The notes: a model not told the origin generated them from the sequence alone. A stretch of DNA of 59,633 nt, filler included, from Catajapyx aquilonaris (GCA_000934665.2; 2 parts of 2 records of this genome joined end to end with filler, not necessarily neighbours in it); one strand, 5' to 3'. Positions 1 to 12,061 are shown, numbered from the whole stretch's first letter. Translations and numbers: made by a program.

Positions 1-184
1 AGAAATATATGTTTTTGTTGCAAAAGGGACGATTTGGTTATAACAGACCTCGGTTGAAACAGACTTTATTCTGCGGTTTCTTGAAGTCTGTTATATCTGG
101 ATTCAACCGGGGTATTTTCTTCACTGATTGCTCATTAATTGTTAATTATATGATGTCAAGTCAATTTTCATGTTCTCATTGCAG

Positions 185-3046
185 GTACTGGAACCCTTCA
201 TCCTGCTGTATCAGCTTCTCTACTGTGATCATTGCAACGGTGCATTTGCCACAAAGAGGGACCTGGAGAGGCACATGTTGAAGAAGCACATCAATCCTCA
301 GCTTCAGGTAATATAATATTTAAATCTATTTACACCTTGGTTCATCTTGGAATGTATGGGTCCCAAGTTTCACTATGAGTGCTGGGATCCCTGGCATCCC
401 TGCCATTATTTTATCCACTTGGAAAATACGAGGGTGAGTCAAAACAAATTAGGACTTATTTTTTTATGCGATAAAGAGAATTAGTTCATGACCTTTCGTG
501 AGTGGCATCGTGTCCAGAATGACTTGAAGTATTAGAAACCACCAATTTTTGTTCGCATATTCCAAAATCCCAAGCCACAGTGACATGGAAAGTAAGCCTA
601 TAGGTTTGCATTCGCCTCCTCTAGCTGCCAGGAGGTTGACAGAGAGGACCAACATTCTGTGTGTACAGGGTGTTTCACTAGGTAGTCCCCCGAAAGAATC
701 AGCTATATTTTTCTTCTCACTCTACCTAGAAATGTGACGTTTGGTTTAAAACATACCGTGGTTCATGGGAATGTATGCTGGGATTGACCTTCAACGACTT
801 CCATGCGCACTCGAACGCTCCTTATTATCGAAGATCCTCCGCAACATATCCTCATAAATGGTCGAGATTGCTGCACTCACAAGTGAGTGTTTTGGACCAA
901 TGCGGTGGACCAATGCGCTGGACCAATGCGGCAGATGACCTCATTGAGAGGAATAAAAAATTGAAGAAGTGAAGCACTGGCCACTGGGTATTCTGTTTCC
1001 ATCTGCCAAAGAGCTGCAAATGGGGATATTTGAAGACTTGTGCTTACAACAATACGCCTTGAGGTTTGAAGACTTGGAAATAAGCAACATCATTGCAGCA
1101 ATCCAGACTGTTGTTGAAGCTACGCTACGGAGGACTTGCTATATAATAAGGCGATTTTTGTCGCGCTGTGTTCGAGTGCAGGTGGAGGTAGGCGAATGGC
1201 AATTACAGCATTTATTGTGAACTAGGCACCAATTTACCAAAATTTGGCAAAAGAGAAAGAGAGAGACGCGGACCAGGCAGTGACATCCGACGGTCAAGTG
1301 CAAAAGTAACACGAAGTGCTGGAGACCTGAGCGCCGAGCGACGGAATTGGGAATTCCGTGGATCTGGCCTTTTTTGCCGTTTTGTGCGATTTGCGAAGTC
1401 CCTGGGCACTGTTTCCAAAAATACAAAAGTTTATTACAAATATAGAAAACGCGAGCAAAATTTTGAGACCACTCCCAACGCTATAAGGCCGTACAGTGCG
1501 GAAGGAGTTTGCATCACAGTCGGCTTTTAATAATATAGAGAGATGGTGCGATATTTCCGTGAACTAAGGTAAGTTAAAAACCAATCCTCGTGTTTTTAGG
1601 TAGAGTGGTAATAAAAATTGACCCGATTCTTTGAGGGTACTACCTAGTGAAACACCCTGTATTAGATGGGTCATATCTACAAAAATTTTAATTATCCTTG
1701 GCACATGGAATTGTCTGTCCCTGAAAGCATGCATCTTACTGGTTGATGGAAAAACTGGTTGGTATACCGAGATACATTTTGATCAGTACAGTACTACCAA
1801 ACATGATAATTGATGGTGAAAGAAATAAACAAAGGTGAGCTGCAGTTGCACATAGACTCTCTGAATAACTATACGGTAATATTTCAAGTAGAACATAGTG
1901 AGTCCAAAGCTCTCTGCAAATACACCTGCATTTATGAGGTATCATTAATTTCAGGGAGAAGCTGCTGAAGAGAAGAAGAGGAATGGAATCCAGGAAGACA
2001 TACACAAAGGGAGACTCTTTGCCAGGGGGAATGGTTGCCAGATTTGTAAGATGAAGTTTAGTTGCCTACGTAATTTGAATATGCACATGAGGATTCACAC
2101 AGGGGAGAAGCCATTCAGTTGCCAGGTTTGTGAGAGAAAGTTTAGTCATTCAGTAAGTTTGAATGTACACATGAGGAATCACACAGGGGAGAAGCCATTC
2201 AGTTGCAAGGTGTGCGAGAGAAGGTTTAGTCAGTCAGGAAATTTGAATAGCCACATGAGGACCCACACAAAGGAGAAGCCATTTTGTTGCGAGGTTTGTG
2301 AAAGAAAGTTTAGTCATTCAGTAAGTTTGAATGTACACATGAGGACCCACACAGGGGAGAAGCCATTCAGCTGCAAGGTGTGTGAGAGAAAGTTTCGTCA
2401 TTCAGTAAGTTTGAATATGCACATGAGGACCCACACAAAGGAGAAGCCATTCAGTTGCCAGGTTTGTGAGAGAAAGTTTAGTGAGTCAGGAAGTTTGAAA
2501 GTACACATGAGAACCCACACAGGGGAGAAGCCATTCAGTTGCCAGATTTGTAAGAAACAGTTTCGTCATTCAGCAAGTTTGGATAACCACATGAGGACCC
2601 ATACAGGGGAGAGGCCATTCAGTTGCCAGATTTGTAAGAAACAGTTTCGTCAGTCAGGAAGTTTGAATATGCACATGAGGACCCACACAAAGGAGAAGCC
2701 ATTCTGTTGCGAGGTTGGTGAAAGAAAGTTCAGTGCGTCAGACAGTTTGAAGAAACACGTGAGGACTCACACAGGGGAGAAGCCATTCAGCTGCAAGGTG
2801 TGTGAGAGAAAGTTTCGTCATTCAGGAAGTTTGGATATACACATGAGAAACCATACGGGGGAGAAGCCATACTGTTGCATAGTTTGCAAGATGATGTTTA
2901 GTCACACAGGTTCTTTGTTGCACCATATGCTAAAACACACAGGTGAGAAGCCACATGGTTGCCATGTTTGCAGGAAAAGCTTCGTTCACTCTGGAAATTT
3001 GAAAAGGCATCTGAGAATCCATACAGCCCGAGGCAAAGTCATTTAG
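185..3046 (+). CDS. Tandem C2H2 zinc-finger protein, 3' exons (185-307, 1955-3046); 5' exons outside window
   Basis: Exon 185-307 (cag|...cag|gtaata) encodes YCDHCNGAFATKRDLERHMLKKH. It joins in phase 0 to 1955 (ttaatttcag|), which gives 12 further fingers with TGEKP/TKEKP linkers and a stop at 3046. Confidence 0.92.
428..663 (+). mobile_element. 5' end fragment of a mariner-like element, interrupted by the element at 666
   Basis: TA-CGAGGGTGAGTCAAA terminus. The segment 590-650 resembles the sequence upstream of the mariner N-terminal remnant near 58140-58200. Confidence 0.5.
666..1659 (+). mobile_element. Non-autonomous Tc1/mariner element with decayed transposase remnants
   Basis: TIR CAGGGTGTTTCACTAGGTAGT with its reverse complement ending at 1659, and a TA TSD. 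A C-terminal transposase-like remnant ends ...QHLL* near 1220. A related terminus lies at 50492-50572. Confidence 0.85.
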
Positions 3047-4803
3047 TTGTTGAAGCTGTTTAACCTGTTGAGGGCCAGGTTTTCTTTTCAATTGCAAGCC
3101 CCCACAGCCCGAGTTTTTTTTTCTCCAAATTCAGGCGATAAAAATGAGTGACCAGACCTTTACTTGTTAGTATTCTAAGGCAGGTTTGTAAGTGCGTTGC
3201 CCCAGGTAGGATTTTCCGCCGTGTCCTCACATCAGTGCAATGAATTGCAATGGTGTCGAGTGTGACCAAGGGCGAACTGTGGTTTGGCGGCGGCCCCGGG
3301 GCCGCTATGTAAGTGTGTTGCTGTGTAAGTGTGTAGAACGGGGAGCTCATCCTCATCTGAGATGAATAACCGCCGTGCCATGTTCAGAGAGAATAAACGA
3401 CAACAGCTAGTGGTGGGACAAAAGTAGCGAGACTGCTACTTGTAATAACTGTTGAAATAACTGCAACTCAGTAGCAGTTAGTTACAAAGATGGATACATT
3501 GGGTTTCAGCTGTCAGGGATTCCACACAGAAGGAGGGCTGGAGATGGGAACTGACTGTGAGTTTACTGGCAGTCGAATGTATTCAATGTGGAATAGACCC
3601 AAAGTGACCCAAAGCTAAGTGATGTTGCCCCTTGAAACTTGAATCCCCTAACATTGTTCAGCAAAGGGGATGCCGATGTATGCTTATCTATGGGCCAGGG
3701 TAGGCATGGGATTACTCTGACAGAGATCTGGTATGGCCCCCTGTTCTTTGTGGAGACGACTGCCTGCAGTGGCGTCCCAGCCAAACACAAATTGGAGTAG
3801 GTTCTATTTCCATTCGACTGGGAAGCTCTCCGACTGTTCGAGCGACTGTGCACTGCAGACAACCTCTACAAAGTCGACAATGTAAAGGTGGGCTAACTTG
3901 GCTCTCCGGAGATTGCATATGTCCCTGGAGAGCCTATATGCAAGGCCTGTGGCATATTTATCCAACCTTATATAGTTAAGAGGTAATGGTAAAGCCTACT
4001 AGGCCCTAGGGTGTATCACACGCCATATCAACAAAAGTAACTCAATTATTGTGATAGCCCTGCTACTCTTAACTCTGCAACCCATCTGGAAACCATTGTG
4101 CCATTGGTATATGATCTTGCTGCCTAATTTATGAATTACTGTAGTTGTATTGAATGCGAAATAGTTGGGGCCCTTTGAGGTCTTGAAAAGCAGTTTGGAT
4201 GTGCATACAGTGATACATGGCAGGATGAGGTATTTTGTGTTGAAAGACTAGTAGAAACTGGGGAATGGAAAAGTGATGCATGGGAAAGGAGTGAGGATGA
4301 AGTGACCTTCATGTGAAATTTGATATGTGAATTTGAGTAGCACACATTTTGCACACTAGAATAGACGATACTTGGGATGTGGTGTTGGGAAATTAATTGG
4401 GATTTATTTGCATGATTGTACTGTGTATCGTATTAAATAAAGCTTTTGTAAATAGGAAGCTGTTGTCTTTTAAAAAGTACTTTAATTGCATTGGGAGAAA
4501 TTTCAATGTGCCTCTTGGCTTTTCAGTCAGCCCAGGCAGATTATTAAGGCCCCTTAGTTTGGGGTCTGGAAGCAGGGGTAACTTGTTGACCCACGACATA
4601 TGGTAAGGTAGATGGAATCATTTCGGCTATTGACTTGATCGATGTTTTTTCTAAGCACACTTACATTCATATGGGGAATGTTGTATATCGCGAGGTTTTA
4701 TGGATACTTTCCTCATGTCCGATTCAAGAAGTATACAGTATATCGATTGATTCAATGCCACTTACTTTTTCAACCCCGTCTTACGACGAGCTACACGCTA
4801 TTA

Positions 4804-4942
4804 GGGCCGGTTTCACCAAGCCCGGTTTTCATAAAAACCCCGGTTCTTCCGGAAAATCCCTATTCTATTTGCAGGGATTTTCCGAAAGAACCGTTTTTGT
4901 TTGTTTTTAAAAAATGAAAACCGGGCTTGGTGAAACCGGCCC
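4804..4942. mobile_element. PIF/Harbinger (Tourist-like) MITE, copy 1
   Basis: TIR GGGCCGGTTTCACCAAGCCCGGTTTTCAT, TTA on both flanks, palindromic interior. Confidence 0.85.
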
Positions 4943-5784
4943 TTATTTAGTTGTCACTCCGCGAGCCCTTTCCTTCAATTTTTTTTCATTCCCATTGTCT
5001 TCCTCAAAATTGCAGGTTTTGCCAAATTTTGGCTATGGGTCCACTGGTCCGGGATTACCTATTACCTAACTCAGCGGTTCCCAATCTGGGGGTCACGAAG
5101 CCTTTTCGGAGGGGTCGCGCGCGGCCGCGGAAATTTGTATAAATTAAAAAATTACTAATTTGTTTTAAAATTTGAAAAATGTATTGGATATCTATTTTTT
5201 TTCAACACCTACGAACACTCGGAGGGGGGAGGGGGGGGGGGAGGTTACTTGACTATCATGCTATCATATATTGTGTATTTTGGGAACTTTTCAAGCAACC
5301 CCTGCCTTCATAAAAACTTTTGCGCCAGTTGCCACGTTTGGATGCAGTACAGGGTTCAGCGCCATATATCAATCAACTTTTTCGGTGATGACTATATATT
5401 ATGCGAATAGGTCGCAAAGACTGTCAGTGACACACCATTGACGTATGACTGATTTGGTGTTTTTAGCCTTTGAAATAAAAGAGTCTATATATGGGCATGG
5501 ACCAAATTATTGCTTCAAGAATTTACTGGCAAACGTAGCAGGAAATTTCCCTCCCTCCCAGAGGAGAAAAATCTACGAAGTTTTCATGGTCGACTATCGA
5601 TATTTTTTTTGCCGATATATCGGCGTATCAACAGTTTCCCAAATACGATAATATCGTGTGTGGTTGGTACGATTGACCTGACCCATGTTGGCAATGCTGA
5701 TCCGCGGCTCCTTTTGTTCGAAAATCATGGCGGCCGCCTAAAAAAAGATTCATCTCGAACCTTCTCTGGAGCCACGTACAAAAG

Positions 5785-8581
5785 ATGCGTTGCTTCCAGC
5801 TTCCCCCTTCCCCCGTCTCCTGCTGGGAAGGGATCAGGTGTCTGGGAGGAGGACCCTCTCCCACAGGAAGAGCCAAGGAAGCAGCAGGGGCAGGGGAGAG
5901 CTGCAGGGTTTTGTGCCTCTGGGAAAGCTCCTGGGCCGCTTTCGTCCTGCTGCCTTCAGCTGAGAAGTACCAGCCGGCCAGGGACGAAGACGAGGAGTCG
6001 GACAACCTGAAGGCAAAGGTATATACACGGACAAACAAACAAGCAAACACACAGACAGATTGACAGGCAAACAAACTTACCATAGTATATGAAAGAGTAG
6101 CAGCAGAGCCCGTTCTTCGCACAGCTGTTTCTGTGGCAGCACAACTCGTTGCCATGGTAAGCAAGACCTGGGCATACAAACCGACAAACCTGGCCTTTTA
6201 TATACAGCATGCAGAAAGTCGTTGCCATGGTAAACAAAACCCGGACAAACTTTGCCTTTTACGAATGCAGAAGGTCATTGCCATGGAAACTTGTTGCCAT
6301 GGTAGACGTAAAAACATATGGACAAACTAATCAACAAACTGATCCTTTTATGTACAGCATACAGAAAGTCGTTGACATGGTAAACAAAACCCGGACAAAC
6401 GAACGGACAAACTTTGCCTCTTATATAATTATGTAGAAAGTTGTTGCAATGGAAACCTGTTGCAGTGGTAGACAGGACCTTGACAAACTAACCGGTAACT
6501 TTGCCTTTTACGTATATGTGTGGATGTAGTGAGTGTGTGTTATCGTACTTTGCAGGTTGTGAGGTTTCGGCAGCCGGTTGCGAATGTGATTGAGGTCGGA
6601 GGGAAGGTGCATGTGCTGTGCGGCGATGGGCCGGGGTACACGGTGCGGGACACGCTTTGGGACGAGTGGTTTGTATGGGGCGTTGCCTGATAATGCGTGA
6701 CGTTTGTTGTTGTGTTAATCATGTTGTTGCAGGGATGACGGGGCGTGTGTGGATCCGGCGCATGTGACGCAGACGTTGAAGGCCCCGCCGTTTGTGAGCT
6801 CGAGCGCGACTAGGGATGGGATTGCGGTGTGCGTTGATGCCGGGTTGGGTTGGGACTTTAGGATGTTCGCATGGACCGGGAGTAAGTTTGAGGAGAAATG
6901 GTCGTTTGGTGTCGAGGCGTTTTCCAAGAACAGGCCGCCATGCATCAGCTTCATCCAGACGACAGGTCCATTGTCAGCAGTGGTGGACGGCCCGAGAGCA
7001 CTCCTAATAGGATTGCCTGATGGCCGGGTACTGTACACGTCACAGAGTAAGAAGCCGACACTTCTATGCCAATTGGTTCAACCAGTCGCATCAATCACGA
7101 CCACAGCTGATGCGATTTTGGTCTTCGGATGCTTCAGGCAAGTCATATCCTAGTTCGCCAAATGCTTATTATCACAGTGCATTATTTCTGTTGCAGGCAA
7201 GTGATGATAGTGACCGCCAAAAATGGCGAACCGGACTTCTCACTCACATACACCAAGTCAGACATGCAGGGTAACATCGCAACCAAAAACGGCGTAATGA
7301 TCAGTCACGATGGATCGCACTTGTTCAGACACCACGTAGACGGCGCCAAATTTTGTTCGGAGCAATTGCACGTTAATGGCATCGTTGCTTTTGACTTACA
7401 AGGTGACCTCTGTGCAGTGACACACCATAACGGATTGCTCGTAATTCCTCCGCCTTACAAATGTCCTCCGAGCAAGGTTGGCAACACGTCGCTTGAGCTT
7501 GACATGAAGACCGTAGTGCGAAAGATGTCTGCCTGTAAGGCACTGATGCTTCATGCCAGCCACAGAAAAGAGGAACAGTCCAAATTACTGGATCAGTTAG
7601 GAATCCTGCTTGCCATCAACGCGAGGAGATTGGATGTTCGTGCCACCGTGCATCACTACGGTGCACAAGAAACGTTACGAGTTGAGTTGCATAATGACAC
7701 TAAGTATGACCTCGAGAGGCACTGGTGTTGGCTTGTACAAGTTGAAGGAAGCCAGTCAGTCACGGTGCGTTTAGTCAATAAGTTGGCCCGTGGTGAGAAG
7801 ATTGAGACATGGGTGCCCACTGATGTTAGACCCGAGTACAAAATAATGTCAAGTGTTTATTTGACTATACCCGAGGACTACCAGGATGTGTTTTTTGAAA
7901 GGAGCGCTTCAACTGCTGTTGTGCTGGATACAACTGAGATCACGCCTCTTGACCTTCTGGACCGCATCAAAGGGGACTTTAAATGGACCACAACGGATCA
8001 GCGATGGTTAACGGCAAAGCCAATTGACAAGAAGACCATGTTCAAGATTGCCGCACTTGCTGAATCAGACGTATTCCTGAAACGGCTGTGGGCCAAGTAA
8101 TATTGATCACAATTGTAGCTGAGAGCATGTAAATGATTGATCAAAATTTTCGTGACAGGTTGGGCCGAGATGATCCGACGTCACCGTTTCCAGGCACATT
8201 CTGTGCGTACTACAGAGGCGAGATGGTGAAGCTGCGCGTGTGGTTTGAAGAGAACGGATCTGGCTGGATGTCGCTGGAGTGTGCTGATCCAGAGAAGCAC
8301 TGGATCCTGAAGAAGGCGCTGTCCGAGTGGATTCAGAACAAGAAGAAGTCAACCAGATACTCAGAAAAGGGCAAAAAATGCATCGCGAAATCTGTGGAGG
8401 TAAGAATCTTGGCGCAACATTTGGTAATGTTCCTCGTTAAAACTTTTGACCATCGTTTCAGGATGTGGCTGCTGAACGACGGATTAGTTTCAGCTTCAAA
8501 CCTAATCCAGAGACTCGAGATGAAGCGCTGGCGGTGATTGAAAGCTTCCGAGGCACCACCTGCAAGTTGCCGTTCATATGA
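5785..8581 (+). CDS. FAAP100: Fanconi anemia core complex-associated protein 100-like (exons 5785-6018, 6556-6668, 6733-7137, 7197-8096, 8159-8399, 8462-8581)
   Basis: The spliced frame is continuous. Motifs RVLC, VVRFRQPV, LLIGLPDGRV, LLCQLVQPV, AILVFGCF, a coiled coil and LHNDTKYDLERHW.WLVQV match the order of motifs I recall in vertebrate FAAP100. The start codon is uncertain. Confidence 0.72.
6025..6520 (-). repeat. Degenerate tandem array of about 60-70 bp units, Helitron-subterminal-like, in FAAP100 intron 1
   Basis: Recurring GTTGCCATGG(T/A)AAAC...CCGGACAAACTTTGCCTTTTA units plus ACAA/ACAG microsatellite. The same motifs occur at 28380-28800. Confidence 0.55.
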
Positions 8582-8765
8582 AGTAAAAGAGAGTACATAG
8601 GTCATGGAATTTATTTTAAAAAACAGGTACAAAATAATTGATTTTTAAACAAGCTCTATATCCTAAAGAATCACACTGGTAGCATTAACCTGGTCAGTTT
8701 TGTTCTCTCTATTGTGGAGTACTGGTCGTAACGGCCTCTTTGGGTATCATTTTGCGAAATAAATG

Positions 8766-9747
8766 TCATATTTTGATTCCGGTCTTCTCCTGCAAAAGTT
8801 TCCGCACCTTTTCATATTCGGTAATCATCATTGGTAAGTCTTGGTTTGCGTCCAGAACAAGTACAGATGCGGGGACGTTCGGACCCTTAAGCCATGCCTC
8901 GTAGCTGCAGTGTAGATCTTTGATGTACTCCATCGGCACTCCTTTCTCCTCGGGGCGGGCACGGGACTGCATTCGATTGTACACGACCTCAGGATCGGTA
9001 TGAAGATACACTGAAATTGCAATTTGTATGCAAATCATGATAAGCGAGGGGAAAGCAACTTAAGCGTAACCAGCGTACGGTGTCACGATGTACACCTCAG
9101 CAACTGAAATGTACCGATTAGATCCAAATGAATGTCAACGTTGCGCTCAAGCCACGAGTACCACTCGTCTAGAACAGCAAATTCCTGTTCGCTGAGATGT
9201 CCCGATTTGTAGGCGAGTTCGGCAAAGCAATACCTGTGGGGCAAAATGGTCCAATAATTACATATCAAACATTGATATCAAAACCAGAACATACCTGTTG
9301 TTTTGCAGGGATCGTTCAATCATCTTGAACTTCTTGTCGCAAGTGCCTGTGTGCATCTCCGTCCGCACTTGCTGTATGAAGTGTTGGAATAGGAAGGAGT
9401 TGCGCTTCGGGTCCTGGTACAGCAAACCCAGGAGGTTATGGCCACGGACGTTGCACCACTCGTGAACCGCCTCCTACGAATTACATTCGTATGAAGTAGC
9501 TGAGAAACATTACAGTTGTTATCCTAGCGATGGTTACCTCGACGCCATGAAAGTCCGGTAACTGTGTGAAGTACTTGACGAGACTGGACTTCCCGCTGCC
9601 TATGTTTCCTTCGACGGCAACCCTGAAGGGCTTCTCAGCCGTCCTGGACTGCATCCTTGCGACTCCCGGGTTACAGCGACTGGTAAGCGGTGCAACGGCA
9701 GACCTCCAAACGTGCCCAGTCCTCAAGAAGCGTCCAGCACAAGTCAT
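8766..9747 (-). CDS. dnk: Deoxynucleoside kinase (dNK/TK2 family) (exons 9747-9538, 9473-9295, 9233-9115, 9010-8766)
   Basis: P-loop VEGNIGSGKSS, IERS motif, VYL..DPE...R..SRARPEE lid, LDANQD. All introns are GT-AG and the frame is continuous. Confidence 0.95.
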
Positions 9748-10455
9748 CCGCTACTACAACTATAGAGGCAGGTGAAGTCATTCACACCTTACATCATTAT
9801 CAATAATCGCATAATGATCAAGTGAATCCCTGGCTGCTATAGTTATGGTGATGATTACCTGTATTTCTGTATGCAAATTTGCCGGCTGTCTGATCCTGTA
9901 AGGATCAACCTTTTTTGGCGGTTGGACCAGGTTGGACCCTTTGTTTACCATTGAAAGTGGTGTGCACTTTGAGCGAAAGATGGAGCCATGTTTGTTTGTA
10001 GTACTCAGTGTGTCGGTAGGTGGCTGGAGTGGCAGGGCTATCACAAGTTAATTGCAAAATTATGCAATTCATTTTAAAAGTAATAATTCGTGTCCAAATT
10101 ATCTGGCAAAAGAAAATTGTGTCGAAATAATACTTCGAGTTTCTACACTGCCAATAATAATTGTTTGCAGCCAAATACATCTCTATACGTATAAACGCGT
10201 GAAAGTTTGTCCATTTTTTGTTCGGGCTACCTAACCCACTTTTACATCTCTGAGAGTACTGAAACTTGGCAATGTCTTATGGCGCCATTGATACCGGAAA
10301 AGGTCAGAAAACTGCTCTTTTCTGAGTTTCAATACCGTACCAAAAATGTATTTTATTTTTTAAAACAAAAATGAAGTTTGGTGTAAATTGACGTGTTTAT
10401 TGCAAGATACAAGGTTACAAGATACACGCTGCATGTATACCGCGGTATTGACGAT

Positions 10456-11475
10456 TTAATTTCCGCATAAGAAGTCTCTGATGTGAGTGTTGACCTCTTC
10501 TGGGTGGTCGTGGTGCACCCAGTGGGACCCAGCTTGGATCATTCTTAGGCGACAATCTTGCACGTGTTCTGCCGAAATGTCGGGTCCCGCCGAGCACATG
10601 TACGGATCCTTCATTCCCCATATGATCAAGGTTTGCACCTTGACCTGGAGGTCATCCGTCTTGAACAAGATATCGAAGAAATTCGCACTGTAGTAGCTCA
10701 TAGGGCCGGTGAATGAATCTGGACAATATCAACATATGTGTTTAATGCACATAGCAATGATGCGACAGTGTCCTTATTACCTGGATGACAGTACGTGTAC
10801 TGGTATGCCTGGATGTCCTTTGTGCTTATTCGACTCCGACCAGATGGTGTTAACCAGAAGAATGAGTGGAACAACACGTCAACTACACTCCACATCAGAA
10901 GCTCCGGAAGGTACGGGATTTGGAAGAAGATGATGTACCAGGACATGATGGTCTGCTTCACATTCTGTGTCACGATCTTGACTAAGGCTGACGGATGGAA
11001 GCTGTTGAGTACGATCAGCTTCTGGACCATCTCCGGATGTCTAATGGCCATGAACCAGGCCAGGACTCCTCCCCAGTCGTGGCCAACCAGGATGCATTGT
11101 TGCCTGCCTGCAACAATGCGGGTCAACTCTAGAGAGACGAGTCATACTTGACGACACTCACCCAAATGGTGCAGAAGACGTCGGATGTCGTCCAGAAGGA
11201 CGTCCACCTTGTAGTTCTCGGTGCCAGATGGCTTGTCCGAGTCCCCATACCCTCTGAGGTCAACTGCCACCACCCTGACAATGCAACCGGTGTGTGAAGC
11301 ATTAAAACACTAGTAATGAGAGTCATACTTACCCATTACTTACCAGTACCTGTCGCTGAGGTCACGAAGCTGGTTTCTCCAAGAGTACCAAAAGTCTGGA
11401 AATCCATGGAGAAGCAGCAGCAAAGGCCTCTCTTTGTCTCCTTTTTCAACGTAATGCAGCTTCACATTCTGTATA

Positions 11476-11549
<74 letters not shown>

Positions 11550-11786
11550 TACAACCCTGACCTTGAGTTTAGCATAAGAGTGTTTTCCCCAGTCAGCATT
11601 TTGGAGTGTCTCAGGTGGCTTCTTCCATGTCTTGAGGGTGATTCCGATATACCTTCCGAACAACCATCTGAAGGTGACCCAGGTCACAGCTAAAGGCGTC
11701 AGGCACAGACTCCCTGCGACTGTCAGGGCGGTCAGGACACAGCATACCACAAAGAATGGCACGAGAGTCAAGTCAATTATAGTCAT
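10456..11786 (-). CDS. EPHX4: Epoxide hydrolase 4-like paralogue A (exons 11786-11562, 11468-11344, 11274-11162, 11107-10781, 10718-10456)
   Basis: N-terminal hydrophobic anchor, HGFP, DLRGYG, GHDWGG nucleophile, SWY, SYY, WGMKD, SHWVHHD. Confidence 0.9.
11475..11548. repeat. (TAG)n/(CTA)n microsatellite, about 24 units, in intron 1 of paralogue A
   Basis: Read directly from the sequence. Confidence 0.98.
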
Positions 11787-12061
11787 GTTGGAACTGATGA
11801 GCACGATGCCAGACTCTTATCACATTGATAATGACTGCCTGTTGCACAATAGTCAATTGGTAGTTGTTGGAGTGTTTCTTGAACTGCGAAAAATCTTGTT
11901 TCTATTTGCGCTGTGTTGAGGTCATTTAAATAATAAAAAAATCGTCTGTAGTGTTAATTTTATCAAACTTTATTTCACGCGGTACAAACAGATGGGAATG
12001 ATAAGAGGTATTGTTAGGTAGATATAAATTGCGAATTTCACGAAAAAGTGTGTGTGTGAAG

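Noticed and set aside
6025..6520. Repeat-spacer-like array resembling CRISPR
   Set aside because: Eukaryotic intron, degenerate units, related rather than unique spacers, and no cas genes.
11316..11693. Poly-Val ORF on the + strand
   Set aside because: Antisense reading of the intronic (TAG)n microsatellite and hydrolase exons.
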